A DNA stretch of 64,000 nt from Rhodoferax sp. (GTDB lineage Bacteria > Pseudomonadota > Gammaproteobacteria > Burkholderiales > Burkholderiaceae_C), in NCBI GenBank assembly GCA_031428695.1, contig JANOYE010000093.1, positions 2,700 to 66,699 of the forward strand, written 5' to 3'. Position numbers and translations under genes: made by a program. Positions 35,998 to 44,641 of this stretch are shown here, piece after piece (within the stretch, counting starts at the first letter, position 1; each line of letters begins with the position of its first letter). The notes below the pieces were generated by a model that had not been told where the DNA came from, ran no database searches, and worked only from the letters and a program-made list of their open reading frames with translations.

Positions 35998-36849
35998 TCA
36001 GCCGGGTGAAATTTGGCGCTTGGCTGCCCAACCCTGGCGCTGCAACACGGCCCGCGCCAGCTCGGCAAACCCGGCGCCGCGCGCGCCTTGAGTAACGTAA
36101 CGCGGCTTGTGGTTGAGCTGCGGCAAAAAGCGTTCGATATTGGCCACACCCACGCTGTAAGTGAAGTGATGGAACATGGCCTGGTCATTGCCTGAATCAC
36201 CGACGAACACCCAGGCGTCCAGTTCGCGCGCCAGATCAATGCCCCACAACTCGCGCGCAATCCAGCAGGCGCCGCGCCACTTGTCAAACACGCCGAAGCA
36301 GCCGTGGATGTGGATGCTGCTGACCGTGGTGTGCATGCCCTCGTCTTGCAGGATGGCCAACACCTTCGCCACAGTTTCGGGCGGCAATCTCACATGTTCG
36401 TTGTAGTCAAAGGCCAGGTCGGTTTCGCGCCCCGCGCTGTCGGCTGAAAGCCCGGCTTCGGGAACTTCTAGCAACACCCGGGCCGCCACCTGCTGCATTC
36501 GCCGGAAATTTTGACTGCGATTGGCGGCGTCTTGTTGATATAATTTTAATAGCAAACTATCGCCATTTTGCGTGACTTGGATGCCGTTTTTATTCTTGAT
36601 CAATGCGACGGAGCCGTTTTCGGCCACTATCGTACCCAATATGGGGTTTATTTGAATGAGCGCTTCACACCAGCCGACCGGGCGCCCCGTGATGGCGATG
36701 ACGCGCAGGCCCGCTGCCTGCAGACTGTCCAGCGCCTCAAGCGCGTCTGGCGTAATCTCGCCCTCGGTCGTCAGGGTGTCGTCGATGTCGGTGAACACAC
36801 CCGTGATGTTGCGGCGTTGCGCCAGCGGCCAATCTGCCAGGGGCTTCAT
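35998..36849 (-). CDS. HAD-IIB family hydrolase (sugar-phosphate phosphatase-like)
   Basis: Motif I VFTDIDDTLT, ITGRP, and C-terminal VGDSGNDQAMF. The start is moved to ATG 36849 (MKPLADW). It lies 13 nt downstream of prfC. Confidence 0.8.
   Translation of the reverse strand: MKPLADWPLAQRRNITGVFTDIDDTLTTEGEITPDALEALDSLQAAGLRVIAITGRPVGWCEALIQINPILGTIVAENGSVALIKNKNGIQVTQNGDSLLLKLYQQDAANRSQNFRRMQQVAARVLLEVPEAGLSADSAGRETDLAFDYNEHVRLPPETVAKVLAILQDEGMHTTVSSIHIHGCFGVFDKWRGACWIARELWGIDLARELDAWVFVGDSGNDQAMFHHFTYSVGVANIERFLPQLNHKPRYVTQGARGAGFAELARAVLQRQGWAAKRQISPG
36535..36579 (-). repeat. 45-bp AT-rich composite motif, copy F (inside the HAD-IIB coding sequence, sense orientation)
   Basis: Minus strand reads CAAGTCACGC-N16-GCTATTAAAATTA-TATCAA. 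It encodes QVTQNGDSLLLKLYQ. Confidence 0.7.
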
Positions 36850-36862
36850 CAGGCAGGCAGTT

Positions 36863-38494
36863 TCAATTGGATGACTGCAGCGCCAGGCCCGCGTGTTCCC
36901 GCAGCGGGTGGAAATGGATTTTGGGAAATCGCTCCTGCGCCAGCCGCACGTCATACGGCGACGTGCACAGGAACGCCAGTGTGTCTGCCGCGTCGCGCGC
37001 CATGCGCATGGGGTAGGCCTCGCAGAAGGTTTTCAGCTCGGCCGGTGTATCGGCGGTGATCCAGCGCGCCCCCGTGTACTGGCTGTTTTCCAGCCGAATA
37101 TCGGCATCGTATTCACCCTTGAGCCGGTGCTGCACCACTTCAAACTGCAATTGGCCTACAGCGCCCAGCAACATGTTGCCGCCGATTTCCGGGCGGAACA
37201 CCTGAATGGCGCCTTCTTCGCCCAACTGCGCCAGCCCTTGCTGCAATTGTTTGGTGCGCAAGGGGTTCTTGAGAATCACCGTGGTGAACAACTCGGGCGC
37301 GAAGAAGGGCAGCCCGGTGAATTGCAGGTTGACCGTGCCATCGGTGATGGTGTCGCCCAACTGCACGCCGCCGTGGGTGGTAAAGCCCACAATGTCACCG
37401 GCAAACGCCTCACTCACCGCTTCGCGGCGCTGGCTCATGAAGGTCACCACGCTGGTCGGGCGCAACTCTTTGGCGGTGCGCATCACCTTCAACTTCATGC
37501 CCGGCGTGTATTTGCCCGAGGCCATGCGCACAAAGGCGATGCGGTCGCGGTGGTTGGCGTCCATGTTGGCCTGAACTTTGAAAACCACGCCTGAAAACGC
37601 GTCGTCGTCGGGTTGGATTTCCTTGATCACGGGCTGTTTGTTGACAACAAAGGAGCTGGTGCGTGATTGCGGCGAAGGCGCCAGGTCCACCAACGCGTCC
37701 AGCACCTCCATCACGCCAAAATTATTCACGCCCGAGCCAAAGAAAACCGGTGTTTGTTTGCCTGCCAAAAAGGCCGCATGGTCCCATGCGGGTGACGCGC
37801 CAGTGGCCAGCTCCATGCTTTCCTCGGCGGTTTCAAACTCGTGGCCGAAGCGTTTCACCAGCGCGTCGCGGTCGGCCAGCGGCATCACCGCAAAGTCTTG
37901 CGGCAGGCGTTCGCTGCCGGACTCAAACACCGTCATCGCCTTGGTGCGCAGGTTGATGATGCCGCCAAAAGTCTTGCCTTGCCCCACCGGCCAGGTCATC
38001 GGCACACACGGCATGCCCAGTTCGCGCTCGATTTCGTCCAAGATGTCCAGTGGCTCACGCACTTCGCGGTCCATCTTGTTGACGAAGGTGATGATGGGCG
38101 TGTCGCGTTGCCGGCAAACCTCGATCAGGCGCCGGGTTTGCGCCTCGACGCCGTTGGCCGCGTCAATCACCATCAGGGCCGAATCAACCGCCGTCAGCAC
38201 ACGGTAGGTGTCTTCAGAAAAGTCTTTGTGGCCGGGTGTGTCCAGCAGGTTGACAACGTGGTCGCGGTAAGCCATTTGCATCACGCTGGAGGCCACCGAG
38301 ATGCCGCGCTGCTTTTCAATCTCCATCCAGTCGCTGGTCGCATGCCGCGTTGCCTTGCGCGCCTTGACCGAGCCCGCAATCTGGATCGCACCTGAGAACA
38401 GCAACAGCTTTTCAGTCAGCGTGGTTTTGCCGGCGTCGGGGTGGGAGATGATGGCAAAGGTGCGGCGGCGGCGGGTTTCGGAGGTGAAGGACAA
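36863..38494 (-). CDS. prfC: Peptide chain release factor 3
   Basis: RRRTFAIISHPDAGKTTLTEKLL G1 motif, DTPGHKDF, NKMDR. Full-length RF3 collinearity. Confidence 0.95.
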   Translation of the reverse strand: MSFTSETRRRRTFAIISHPDAGKTTLTEKLLLFSGAIQIAGSVKARKATRHATSDWMEIEKQRGISVASSVMQMAYRDHVVNLLDTPGHKDFSEDTYRVLTAVDSALMVIDAANGVEAQTRRLIEVCRQRDTPIITFVNKMDREVREPLDILDEIERELGMPCVPMTWPVGQGKTFGGIINLRTKAMTVFESGSERLPQDFAVMPLADRDALVKRFGHEFETAEESMELATGASPAWDHAAFLAGKQTPVFFGSGVNNFGVMEVLDALVDLAPSPQSRTSSFVVNKQPVIKEIQPDDDAFSGVVFKVQANMDANHRDRIAFVRMASGKYTPGMKLKVMRTAKELRPTSVVTFMSQRREAVSEAFAGDIVGFTTHGGVQLGDTITDGTVNLQFTGLPFFAPELFTTVILKNPLRTKQLQQGLAQLGEEGAIQVFRPEIGGNMLLGAVGQLQFEVVQHRLKGEYDADIRLENSQYTGARWITADTPAELKTFCEAYPMRMARDAADTLAFLCTSPYDVRLAQERFPKIHFHPLREHAGLALQSSN

Positions 38495-38524
38495 GGGGGA
38501 TTCCAGAAAAATCAGCAGTAAAAA

Positions 38525-38836
38525 TCAAGGTTCAAGGAGAACCGGAATGTTGGAGGCTTGGTGCAGCACGCGGATGATTTCGATGTCATCCGCACGCTCC
38601 CGGTAAAACACGGCGTAGGGAAATTTACTCAACGTCCAGAACCTGAGTTCAAAATCGACTTCTGAAGTTGTGTATTTTCGAGAACCAGTACCCGGGAAGC
38701 GGCTGATGTGCCAGAGCGCTTCATCGTAAGCGTCCACAAACCGCTCGGCCACCTCAAATGACGCTTGGGTTAAATAGTACGTCACGGCCTCGTCAACGTC
38801 ACTTTCAGCGAGCGCTGAAGGGGTGCTGGGTTTCAC
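38525..38836 (-). CDS. parE: RelE/ParE-family toxin
   Basis: 103 aa with a ParE-like C-terminus (YAVFYRERADDIEIIRVLHQASN). It overlaps the upstream antitoxin gene by 4 nt. Confidence 0.8.
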   Translation of the reverse strand: MKPSTPSALAESDVDEAVTYYLTQASFEVAERFVDAYDEALWHISRFPGTGSRKYTTSEVDFELRFWTLSKFPYAVFYRERADDIEIIRVLHQASNIPVLLEP

Positions 38837-39102
38837 GGGGCTCGGCGCGTCGCTACCTGCTTTGCAGAATCAATCCGCGCGCGCAATGCGGCTTTGTGTT
38901 CTTCCCAGGGCTTTCCCGGCCCAGAATCCAGCCCAGCTTGAATCAGCGCCTTAAAGCGCTCTTCTTTCGCGCGTTCTTCATCGCGCCGCAAAAGATCGCG
39001 CACATATTCGCTCGATGAGCTGTAGCCCCGCGTTTTGACGCGGTTGTCCACAAAGGCTTTTAAATCGTCGGTAAGGGAAATGTTCATGGTGACGGTGGTC
39101 AT
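38833..39102 (-). CDS. parD: ParD/CopG-type ribbon-helix-helix antitoxin
   Basis: MNISLTDDLKAFVDNRVKTRGYSSSSEYVRDLLRRD, a ParD (COG3609)-type RHH. Confidence 0.8.
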   Translation of the reverse strand: MTTVTMNISLTDDLKAFVDNRVKTRGYSSSSEYVRDLLRRDEERAKEERFKALIQAGLDSGPGKPWEEHKAALRARIDSAKQVATRRAP

Positions 39103-39120
39103 GCCCGCATTTTAACGAGC

Positions 39121-39137
39121 TTGGCAAAGATTGCCAA
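39121..39137. promoter_or_regulatory. Palindrome upstream of parDE (possible operator)
   Basis: TTGGCAA-aga-TTGCCAA, 19 nt upstream of the parD start on the minus strand. Confidence 0.35.
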
Positions 39138-39169
39138 TGCAAAAATCTCCAAACGCGCTAAAATCCGCG

Positions 39170-39272
39170 CATCCGAGGAGCGATGCAGTTCAATCCCCAC
39201 CCAGGTGGCATGAACGAGGCTCGGATCTGGCAAGCCGCAGGGCAAGCCGCCTGTTTCAACCGCGCTCACCCA
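39170..39272 (+). promoter_or_regulatory. SAH (S-adenosylhomocysteine) riboswitch
   Basis: CCGAGGAGCGAUGCAG ... GAGGCUCGGAUC ... CAACCGCGCUCAC matches the conserved SAH-element segments as I recall them. It lies directly upstream of ahcY, the usual context in Betaproteobacteria. Confidence 0.75.
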
Positions 39273-39348
39273 CTGTTCTGTGAGGTGAGTCCCCCAAAGA
39301 TTCCGTCACAGCCACCGTGGTTCTCAAATTTACTTTTGGAGCACACTT

Positions 39349-40812
39349 GTGAGCGCTGTATTGAAACCCATTAAAAACCAAGATTACGCGATTGCCGACC
39401 TGAGCCTGGCCGCCTGGGGCCGCAAAGAGCTGAACATCGCCCAGACCGAAATGCCCGGCCTGATGTCGATCCGCGAAGAGTTCGCCAAGTCGAAGCCGCT
39501 GAAGGGCGCGCGCATCACCGGCAGCCTGCACATGACGATTCAAACCGCCGTGCTGGTCGAAACCCTGCAAGCCCTGGGCGCCGAAGTGCGTTGGGCCTCG
39601 TGCAACATTTTCTCCACGCAAGACCACGCCGCTGCTGCCCTGGTGGCCGCAGGCACGCCGGTGTTTGCCTACAAGGGCGAGAACCTGGTGGACTATTGGG
39701 ATTACACCCACCGCATCTTCGAATTTGATGGCAAAAAGGGTTCCGCCGCTGAAGGCCCAAACATGATTCTGGACGACGGCGGCGATGCCACCCTCCTGAT
39801 GCACCTGGGCAGCTTGGCCGAGAAAAACCTCAAAGTCGTCGCCAAACCCACCAGCGAGGAAGAAATTTGCCTCTTCAACGCCATCAAGGCCAAGCTGAAG
39901 CTTGACCCGACCTGGTACAGCCGCCGCCTGAAAAACATCATCGGCGTGACCGAAGAGACGACCACCGGCGTGCATCGCCTGAACGAGATGAGCGCCAAAG
40001 GCACGCTGATGCTGCGCGCCATCAACGTCAACGATTCCGTCACCAAATCCAAATTTGACAACCTGTATGGTTGCCGCGAGTCCCTGGTGGACGCCATCAA
40101 ACGCGCCACCGACGTGATGATCGCCGGCAAAGTGGCCCTGGTGGCTGGTTACGGCGACGTGGGCAAAGGCTCGGCCCAAGCCCTGCGTGCGTTGTCTGCC
40201 CAGGTGTGGGTGACCGAGATTGACCCGATCAACGCGCTGCAAGCCGCGATGGAAGGTTACAAAGTCGTCACGATGGAATACGCGGCTGACAAAGCCGACA
40301 TTTTTGTCTCCGCCACCGGCAACAAAAACGTCATCAGCTACAAACACATGGCGGCCATGAAAGACCAGGCCATCGTCTGCAACATCGGCCACTTTGACAA
40401 TGAAATCGACGTCGCTTCATTGGAGAAGTGCCAGTGGGAAGAGATCAAGCCGCAGGTGGACCACGTGATCTTCCCTGCGGTAACGACGAAAAAGGGAAAA
40501 ACACCGTCCAAACGCATCATTCTGTTGGCCAAAGGCCGCCTGGTGAATTTGGGTTGCGGCACCGGCCACCCCAGTTTTGTGATGTCGTCCAGCTTCGCCA
40601 ACCAGACCATTGCCCAGATTGAGCTCTTCACCAAGCCGAAAGAATACAAAGTCGGCAAGGTTTACGTATTGCCCAAACACCTGGACGAAAAAGTCGCGCG
40701 TTTGCACCTTAAAAAGGTCGGCGCGGTGTTGACCGAGTTGACCACTGAGCAGGCCGACTACATTGGCGTCTCCAAGGCCGGCCCCTACAAGGCGGACAGC
40801 TATCGCTATTGA
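39349..40812 (+). CDS. ahcY: Adenosylhomocysteinase
   Basis: Full-length AhcY similarity ([43 protein letters not shown] fold). GTG start with GGAG RBS. Confidence 0.95.
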   Translation: MSAVLKPIKNQDYAIADLSLAAWGRKELNIAQTEMPGLMSIREEFAKSKPLKGARITGSLHMTIQTAVLVETLQALGAEVRWASCNIFSTQDHAAAALVAAGTPVFAYKGENLVDYWDYTHRIFEFDGKKGSAAEGPNMILDDGGDATLLMHLGSLAEKNLKVVAKPTSEEEICLFNAIKAKLKLDPTWYSRRLKNIIGVTEETTTGVHRLNEMSAKGTLMLRAINVNDSVTKSKFDNLYGCRESLVDAIKRATDVMIAGKVALVAGYGDVGKGSAQALRALSAQVWVTEIDPINALQAAMEGYKVVTMEYAADKADIFVSATGNKNVISYKHMAAMKDQAIVCNIGHFDNEIDVASLEKCQWEEIKPQVDHVIFPAVTTKKGKTPSKRIILLAKGRLVNLGCGTGHPSFVMSSSFANQTIAQIELFTKPKEYKVGKVYVLPKHLDEKVARLHLKKVGAVLTELTTEQADYIGVSKAGPYKADSYRY

Positions 40813-40844
40813 TTTGATGGCAATCAACCGTTGCGGCAACTGTA

Positions 40845-41777
40845 ATGCGGGCTGACCAGCTCCTGCTGCAACGCGGCATCGCAAGCTCCCGCTCGCAGGC
40901 GCAACGCTTGATTGCATCGGGCGTGCGCTGGCGTGCCGATATTGAAGTGCCAGTTGGCGCGTTGGCGGCGGCCTGGAAACACATCGGAAAAAACAGCGAT
41001 GAGTTGCCGGTTGAGGCCGTCATCGAGCTGCTTGATGCGTCCGAAGCGAAATACGTCTCGCGTGGCGGCTTGAAGCTTGAAGGCGCGTTGAAGGCCACCG
41101 GCGTCACTGTCGAAGGCAAAACCTGCCTTGACGTGGGCCAATCGACCGGCGGCTTCACCGATTGCCTGTTGCAACACGGCGCCAAACGGGTGATGGGTGT
41201 GGACGTTGGCAGTGGCCAATTGCACCCGTCAATGCGCCAACACCCTCAGGTGGTAGCGCTGGAGCATGTCAACGCGCGGGAGTTGTCCGCTACTGAATTA
41301 ATAGCTGCATACGAAAATAATTCGAGACTTGGCGGCCAGTTTGATGAAGAAGACGATCAAATCGGCGGCGCGCTGCTTGCATCAGCGCCTGGCTCGGCTC
41401 CTGCTGGGGGCGCGGCGTCAAACTTAGACGCAGGCTTCGACGCCAGTTTCGATCTCATCGTCGGCGACTTGTCTTTCATCTCCCAAACGCTGGTGCTGCC
41501 CGCTCTGGCGCCGCTGCTCAAGCCCGGCGCAGTTCTGCTGATGTTGGTCAAACCGCAGTTTGAGCTGCAACCCGGCCAGGTCGGCAAAGGCGGCATTGTC
41601 AAAGACGCGGCCCTGTACAAAATCGTCGAAAAACGAATTCGCGACAGTTGTGCCGAATTGGGCCTGGCCGTCATCCGCTGGGTGGACAGCCCCATCACCG
41701 GCGGTGACGGCAACCGTGAATTTTTTGTCCACGCGCAACGGCTTATTGACGTTCCCGCCCCTAACAAAGGTGCTTAA
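40845..41777 (+). CDS. tlyA: TlyA-family rRNA 2'-O-methyltransferase with a ~45-aa internal insertion
   Basis: N-terminal S4 domain (MRADQLLLQRGIASSRSQAQRLI), SAM motif DVGQSTGGFTDCLL, and DLSFISQ ... LVKPQFE. Low-complexity insertion between NAR and FDLIVGD. Confidence 0.85.
   Translation: MRADQLLLQRGIASSRSQAQRLIASGVRWRADIEVPVGALAAAWKHIGKNSDELPVEAVIELLDASEAKYVSRGGLKLEGALKATGVTVEGKTCLDVGQSTGGFTDCLLQHGAKRVMGVDVGSGQLHPSMRQHPQVVALEHVNARELSATELIAAYENNSRLGGQFDEEDDQIGGALLASAPGSAPAGGAASNLDAGFDASFDLIVGDLSFISQTLVLPALAPLLKPGAVLLMLVKPQFELQPGQVGKGGIVKDAALYKIVEKRIRDSCAELGLAVIRWVDSPITGGDGNREFFVHAQRLIDVPAPNKGA
41287..41331 (-). repeat. 45-bp AT-rich composite motif, copy G (inside the tlyA insertion, antisense)
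   Basis: Minus strand reads CAAGTCTCGA-N16-GCTATTAATTCAG-TAGCGG. Confidence 0.6.
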
Positions 41778-41779
41778 CC

Positions 41780-42619
41780 ATGAGCGCTTCATCAAAACTA
41801 CCCATCAGCATTGAGTTCTTTCCGCCTAAAACCCCGGAAGGGGTTGAAAAACTGACCGCTGTGCGGCAAAAGCTGTACGCCCTAAAGCCGCACTTTTTCA
41901 GCTGCACCTACGGCGCTGGCGGCTCCACGCAAGACGGCACGTTGCAAACCGTGCAGGCCATTTTGGCGGACGGTTTTCAAGCTGCGCCGCATTTCTCTTG
42001 CATTGGCGCTACGCGTGCCAGCGTGCGCGGCCAGTTGGCGATTTTCAAAGCGGCTGGCATTCAGCGCATGGTGGCGTTACGCGGCGATTTGCCCAGCGGT
42101 TACGGCGGCTTTGGTGAATTCAAATATGCCAGCGAGCTGATTGAATTCATCCGCGCTGAAACCGGTGGCCACTTCCACATTGAGGTAGGTTGTTACCCCG
42201 AAGTGCATCCCCAGGCCAAATCACCCGAAGCAGACCAGCAGGCTTACCTGGCCAAGGAGCGAGCGGGGGCCAGTTCTGCCATTACCCAATACTTCTACAA
42301 CGCAGACGCCTACTTTCGTTTTGTCGAAGACACCGACGCCTTGGGCGCGACGCTGCCCGTCGTGCCGGGAATCATGCCCATCATCAGCTCCACCCAACTC
42401 ATGCGATTCAGCGATGCCTGCGGCGCTGAAATTCCGCGCTGGATTCGGCTGCGACTGCAAGCATTTGGTGACGACACGGCATCGATCAAGGCATTCGGCC
42501 TCGACGTGGTGACCGACCTGTGTGAACAACTGCGCGCGGGCGGCGCCCCCGGGCTGCACTTTTACTGCATGAACCAGGCAGCAGCCACTTTGGAGATTTG
42601 CAGACGGCTTGGTGTCTAA
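41780..42619 (+). CDS. metF: 5,10-methylenetetrahydrofolate reductase
   Basis: ISIEFFPPKT, CTYGAGGST, ALRGD and GLHFYCMNQ blocks. Confidence 0.95.
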   Translation: MSASSKLPISIEFFPPKTPEGVEKLTAVRQKLYALKPHFFSCTYGAGGSTQDGTLQTVQAILADGFQAAPHFSCIGATRASVRGQLAIFKAAGIQRMVALRGDLPSGYGGFGEFKYASELIEFIRAETGGHFHIEVGCYPEVHPQAKSPEADQQAYLAKERAGASSAITQYFYNADAYFRFVEDTDALGATLPVVPGIMPIISSTQLMRFSDACGAEIPRWIRLRLQAFGDDTASIKAFGLDVVTDLCEQLRAGGAPGLHFYCMNQAAATLEICRRLGV

Positions 42620-43575
42620 CCTGAAATTGCCTGGGGCAGCAACAACTGCTTGTCCAACAGCTCTGCCACAACCTGCGCTTGCAAGCCGTCGCGCACGCGT
42701 TTGATCGGGTCTCGCGAGTGGCTTTTTGCCAACCGGTTCTTTAGCCGGACAAAAGACTGCGGCGCAATGGTGTTCATGCGCGCCATTGAGCCGTCAGTCG
42801 CCACGACCACCTGTGAAAAGCGCTGCCCAGAGACCATCTTTTCGCCCGAACCTACCTGAACCGCCCAAAGGTCGTCTTCGTGCGGGCTCATGCGCAGCGG
42901 GTGGGGATCACCATCTTTGGCTATTCGCCGAATCACGTCAACCTCAAACCCAGAGGCATTGACGGCGGTTTGAAGTTGGTCTGGCCTGACCTCAAACGTC
43001 TTGTCCACCTTCTTCAAAACCTCGATCAGCGATAGATCATGCTGGGCCAAACGGGTGAGGAAAGAGAGGCGTTTTCGCGTGTCAAACAAAATATCAACAT
43101 CTTGCGTTGCCAAAACCTGCGCCTCGACACGCACGCCGGCAGCCGTCTCGTAAGCGTACAACGCGTGAGTGCCAACCGTTAAAAAATGCTCAGCCAAATC
43201 CAACGCGGCGAGCCGGGCCAGAATACCAACGACCAAGGGGGGGCATCGCCCCACCCGCAAGGCGCGATTTAGCCGCTGGTTGCGCTGCATCGCTTCGTCA
43301 AGTGACGTAATTCGTGTTTTAAGAAGTGCCTTGCGCGTGGTGAATTTGTCAAAAATAGCTTGGGTTTCAGCATTTCTTGGGCCAAGCCGATGTTGCTTTG
43401 CCCGGGTTGACGCGCGAACCAAATAAGCCTTGCCATGCTCCGTCCGCCAAAACATCGACCCTCGAACCTCACGCCCAGCCAAAAGCGCGCTTTCATGTGC
43501 CGAAAACACCGACTCGGAATCAATGTAGTGGCGAAGCTGGTCTGCTGAGAGTTGAATAAAAACCATATCGCACAA
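42616..43575 (-). CDS. Nucleotidyltransferase-fold protein (GSU2403-like family, tentative)
   Basis: 319-aa ORF with visibly lower GC than its neighbours. The central TVGTHALYAYE ... ATQDVDILFD resembles the minimal NTase fold. The family name is from memory. An alternative start is ATG 43566. Confidence 0.55.
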   Translation of the reverse strand: MCDMVFIQLSADQLRHYIDSESVFSAHESALLAGREVRGSMFWRTEHGKAYLVRASTRAKQHRLGPRNAETQAIFDKFTTRKALLKTRITSLDEAMQRNQRLNRALRVGRCPPLVVGILARLAALDLAEHFLTVGTHALYAYETAAGVRVEAQVLATQDVDILFDTRKRLSFLTRLAQHDLSLIEVLKKVDKTFEVRPDQLQTAVNASGFEVDVIRRIAKDGDPHPLRMSPHEDDLWAVQVGSGEKMVSGQRFSQVVVATDGSMARMNTIAPQSFVRLKNRLAKSHSRDPIKRVRDGLQAQVVAELLDKQLLLPQAISG

Positions 43576-43613
43576 ATTATTTCATAATTCAATAATTTTT
43601 GTGCGCAAACTCG

Positions 43614-44519
43614 TCAATTGCCGGTTGATGATGTTCGATTCACCAGATAAATCCCCGGCAAAACCAACGCCAGGCCAATGAAGTGGTGAATTTGCAGGGC
43701 TTCACCCAAAACCAGCCAGGCGATCACGGCGGTATAGATGGGCCCCAGGTACATCACCACGCTAACCCGGGCTGCGCCCAGTTCGCGCTGCATCACTGAA
43801 AACGCCAGGTAAGCGCCGTAGCCCGGAAACAGAGCCACGGCCAGGGAGAGGCCGAAACCAGGCCAAGTCAACATGGGAAGCGGGTTGGTCGCGGCTTCGA
43901 AAATGGTGAAAGGCAACATCACCACCACGCCCGCCAGCGCGATCACCGCCAGCCGCGCGCTGGCCTCCAAGGGGCTGTGCCAACGCTTGAGCAGCAAGGA
44001 GTACACCGCCCAGGCCAATGCGGCGGCCAAGATCCAGCCGTCTCCGGGCACAAATTGGACGGCTGCCAAGTTATTCCACTGCCCTTTGAGAATCACGTGT
44101 AGCACACCGGCAAACGCCATCAGCACGCCGGTTGCCTGCACCGCGCTCACGCGCTCCTTGAGCCAATGCGCGGAGGCGATCACCACCAACAAAGGTGAAA
44201 TGCTGTAGATCAGCGGGATGTTCACCGCCATGGTGGTGCGCCCGCCCACATACACCCAAGCGCCGCAGATCCACATGCCCAAAGCGCCCAAGATCAAGTA
44301 ATGCTTCCAGTCGTGCAAAATTTGCCGCCGCTCGGCCCAGATTTGGCCCCAATACCCCAGGCTAAACAGAAAACCGGCCATCAACCAGCGCAACGAGGCC
44401 AGTGCGTGTGGCTCAATCACGCCGGGCGCCTTGCGGGCCACCAGGTAATTGACAGTCCAAAACGCGGGGGTAATGACGATCAGCGCCAGGGCCAGGCGCT
44501 GTTTGCTCGAATAACTCAT
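43614..44519 (-). CDS. EamA/DMT-family transporter
   Basis: 301 aa with ten predicted TM helices in two EamA-like halves. Confidence 0.85.
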   Translation of the reverse strand: MSYSSKQRLALALIVITPAFWTVNYLVARKAPGVIEPHALASLRWLMAGFLFSLGYWGQIWAERRQILHDWKHYLILGALGMWICGAWVYVGGRTTMAVNIPLIYSISPLLVVIASAHWLKERVSAVQATGVLMAFAGVLHVILKGQWNNLAAVQFVPGDGWILAAALAWAVYSLLLKRWHSPLEASARLAVIALAGVVVMLPFTIFEAATNPLPMLTWPGFGLSLAVALFPGYGAYLAFSVMQRELGAARVSVVMYLGPIYTAVIAWLVLGEALQIHHFIGLALVLPGIYLVNRTSSTGN

Positions 44520-44578
44520 TCGGTGTGCAGTGTAAGGCGCGAGTTCCCGTTTTGAATCGGGTTATCGGCGCGCCAATG

Positions 44579-44601
44579 AAAAACGGCAGCCTAAGCTGCC
44601 G
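44579..44601 (-). terminator. Rho-independent terminator downstream of the PEP-CTERM gene
   Basis: Minus strand reads CGGCAGC-ttag-GCTGCCG followed by TTTTT. Confidence 0.7.
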
Positions 44602-44641
44602 TTGGGGAGAGTGCTGAAACTCGCTGGGAACTCAGCTGAAT

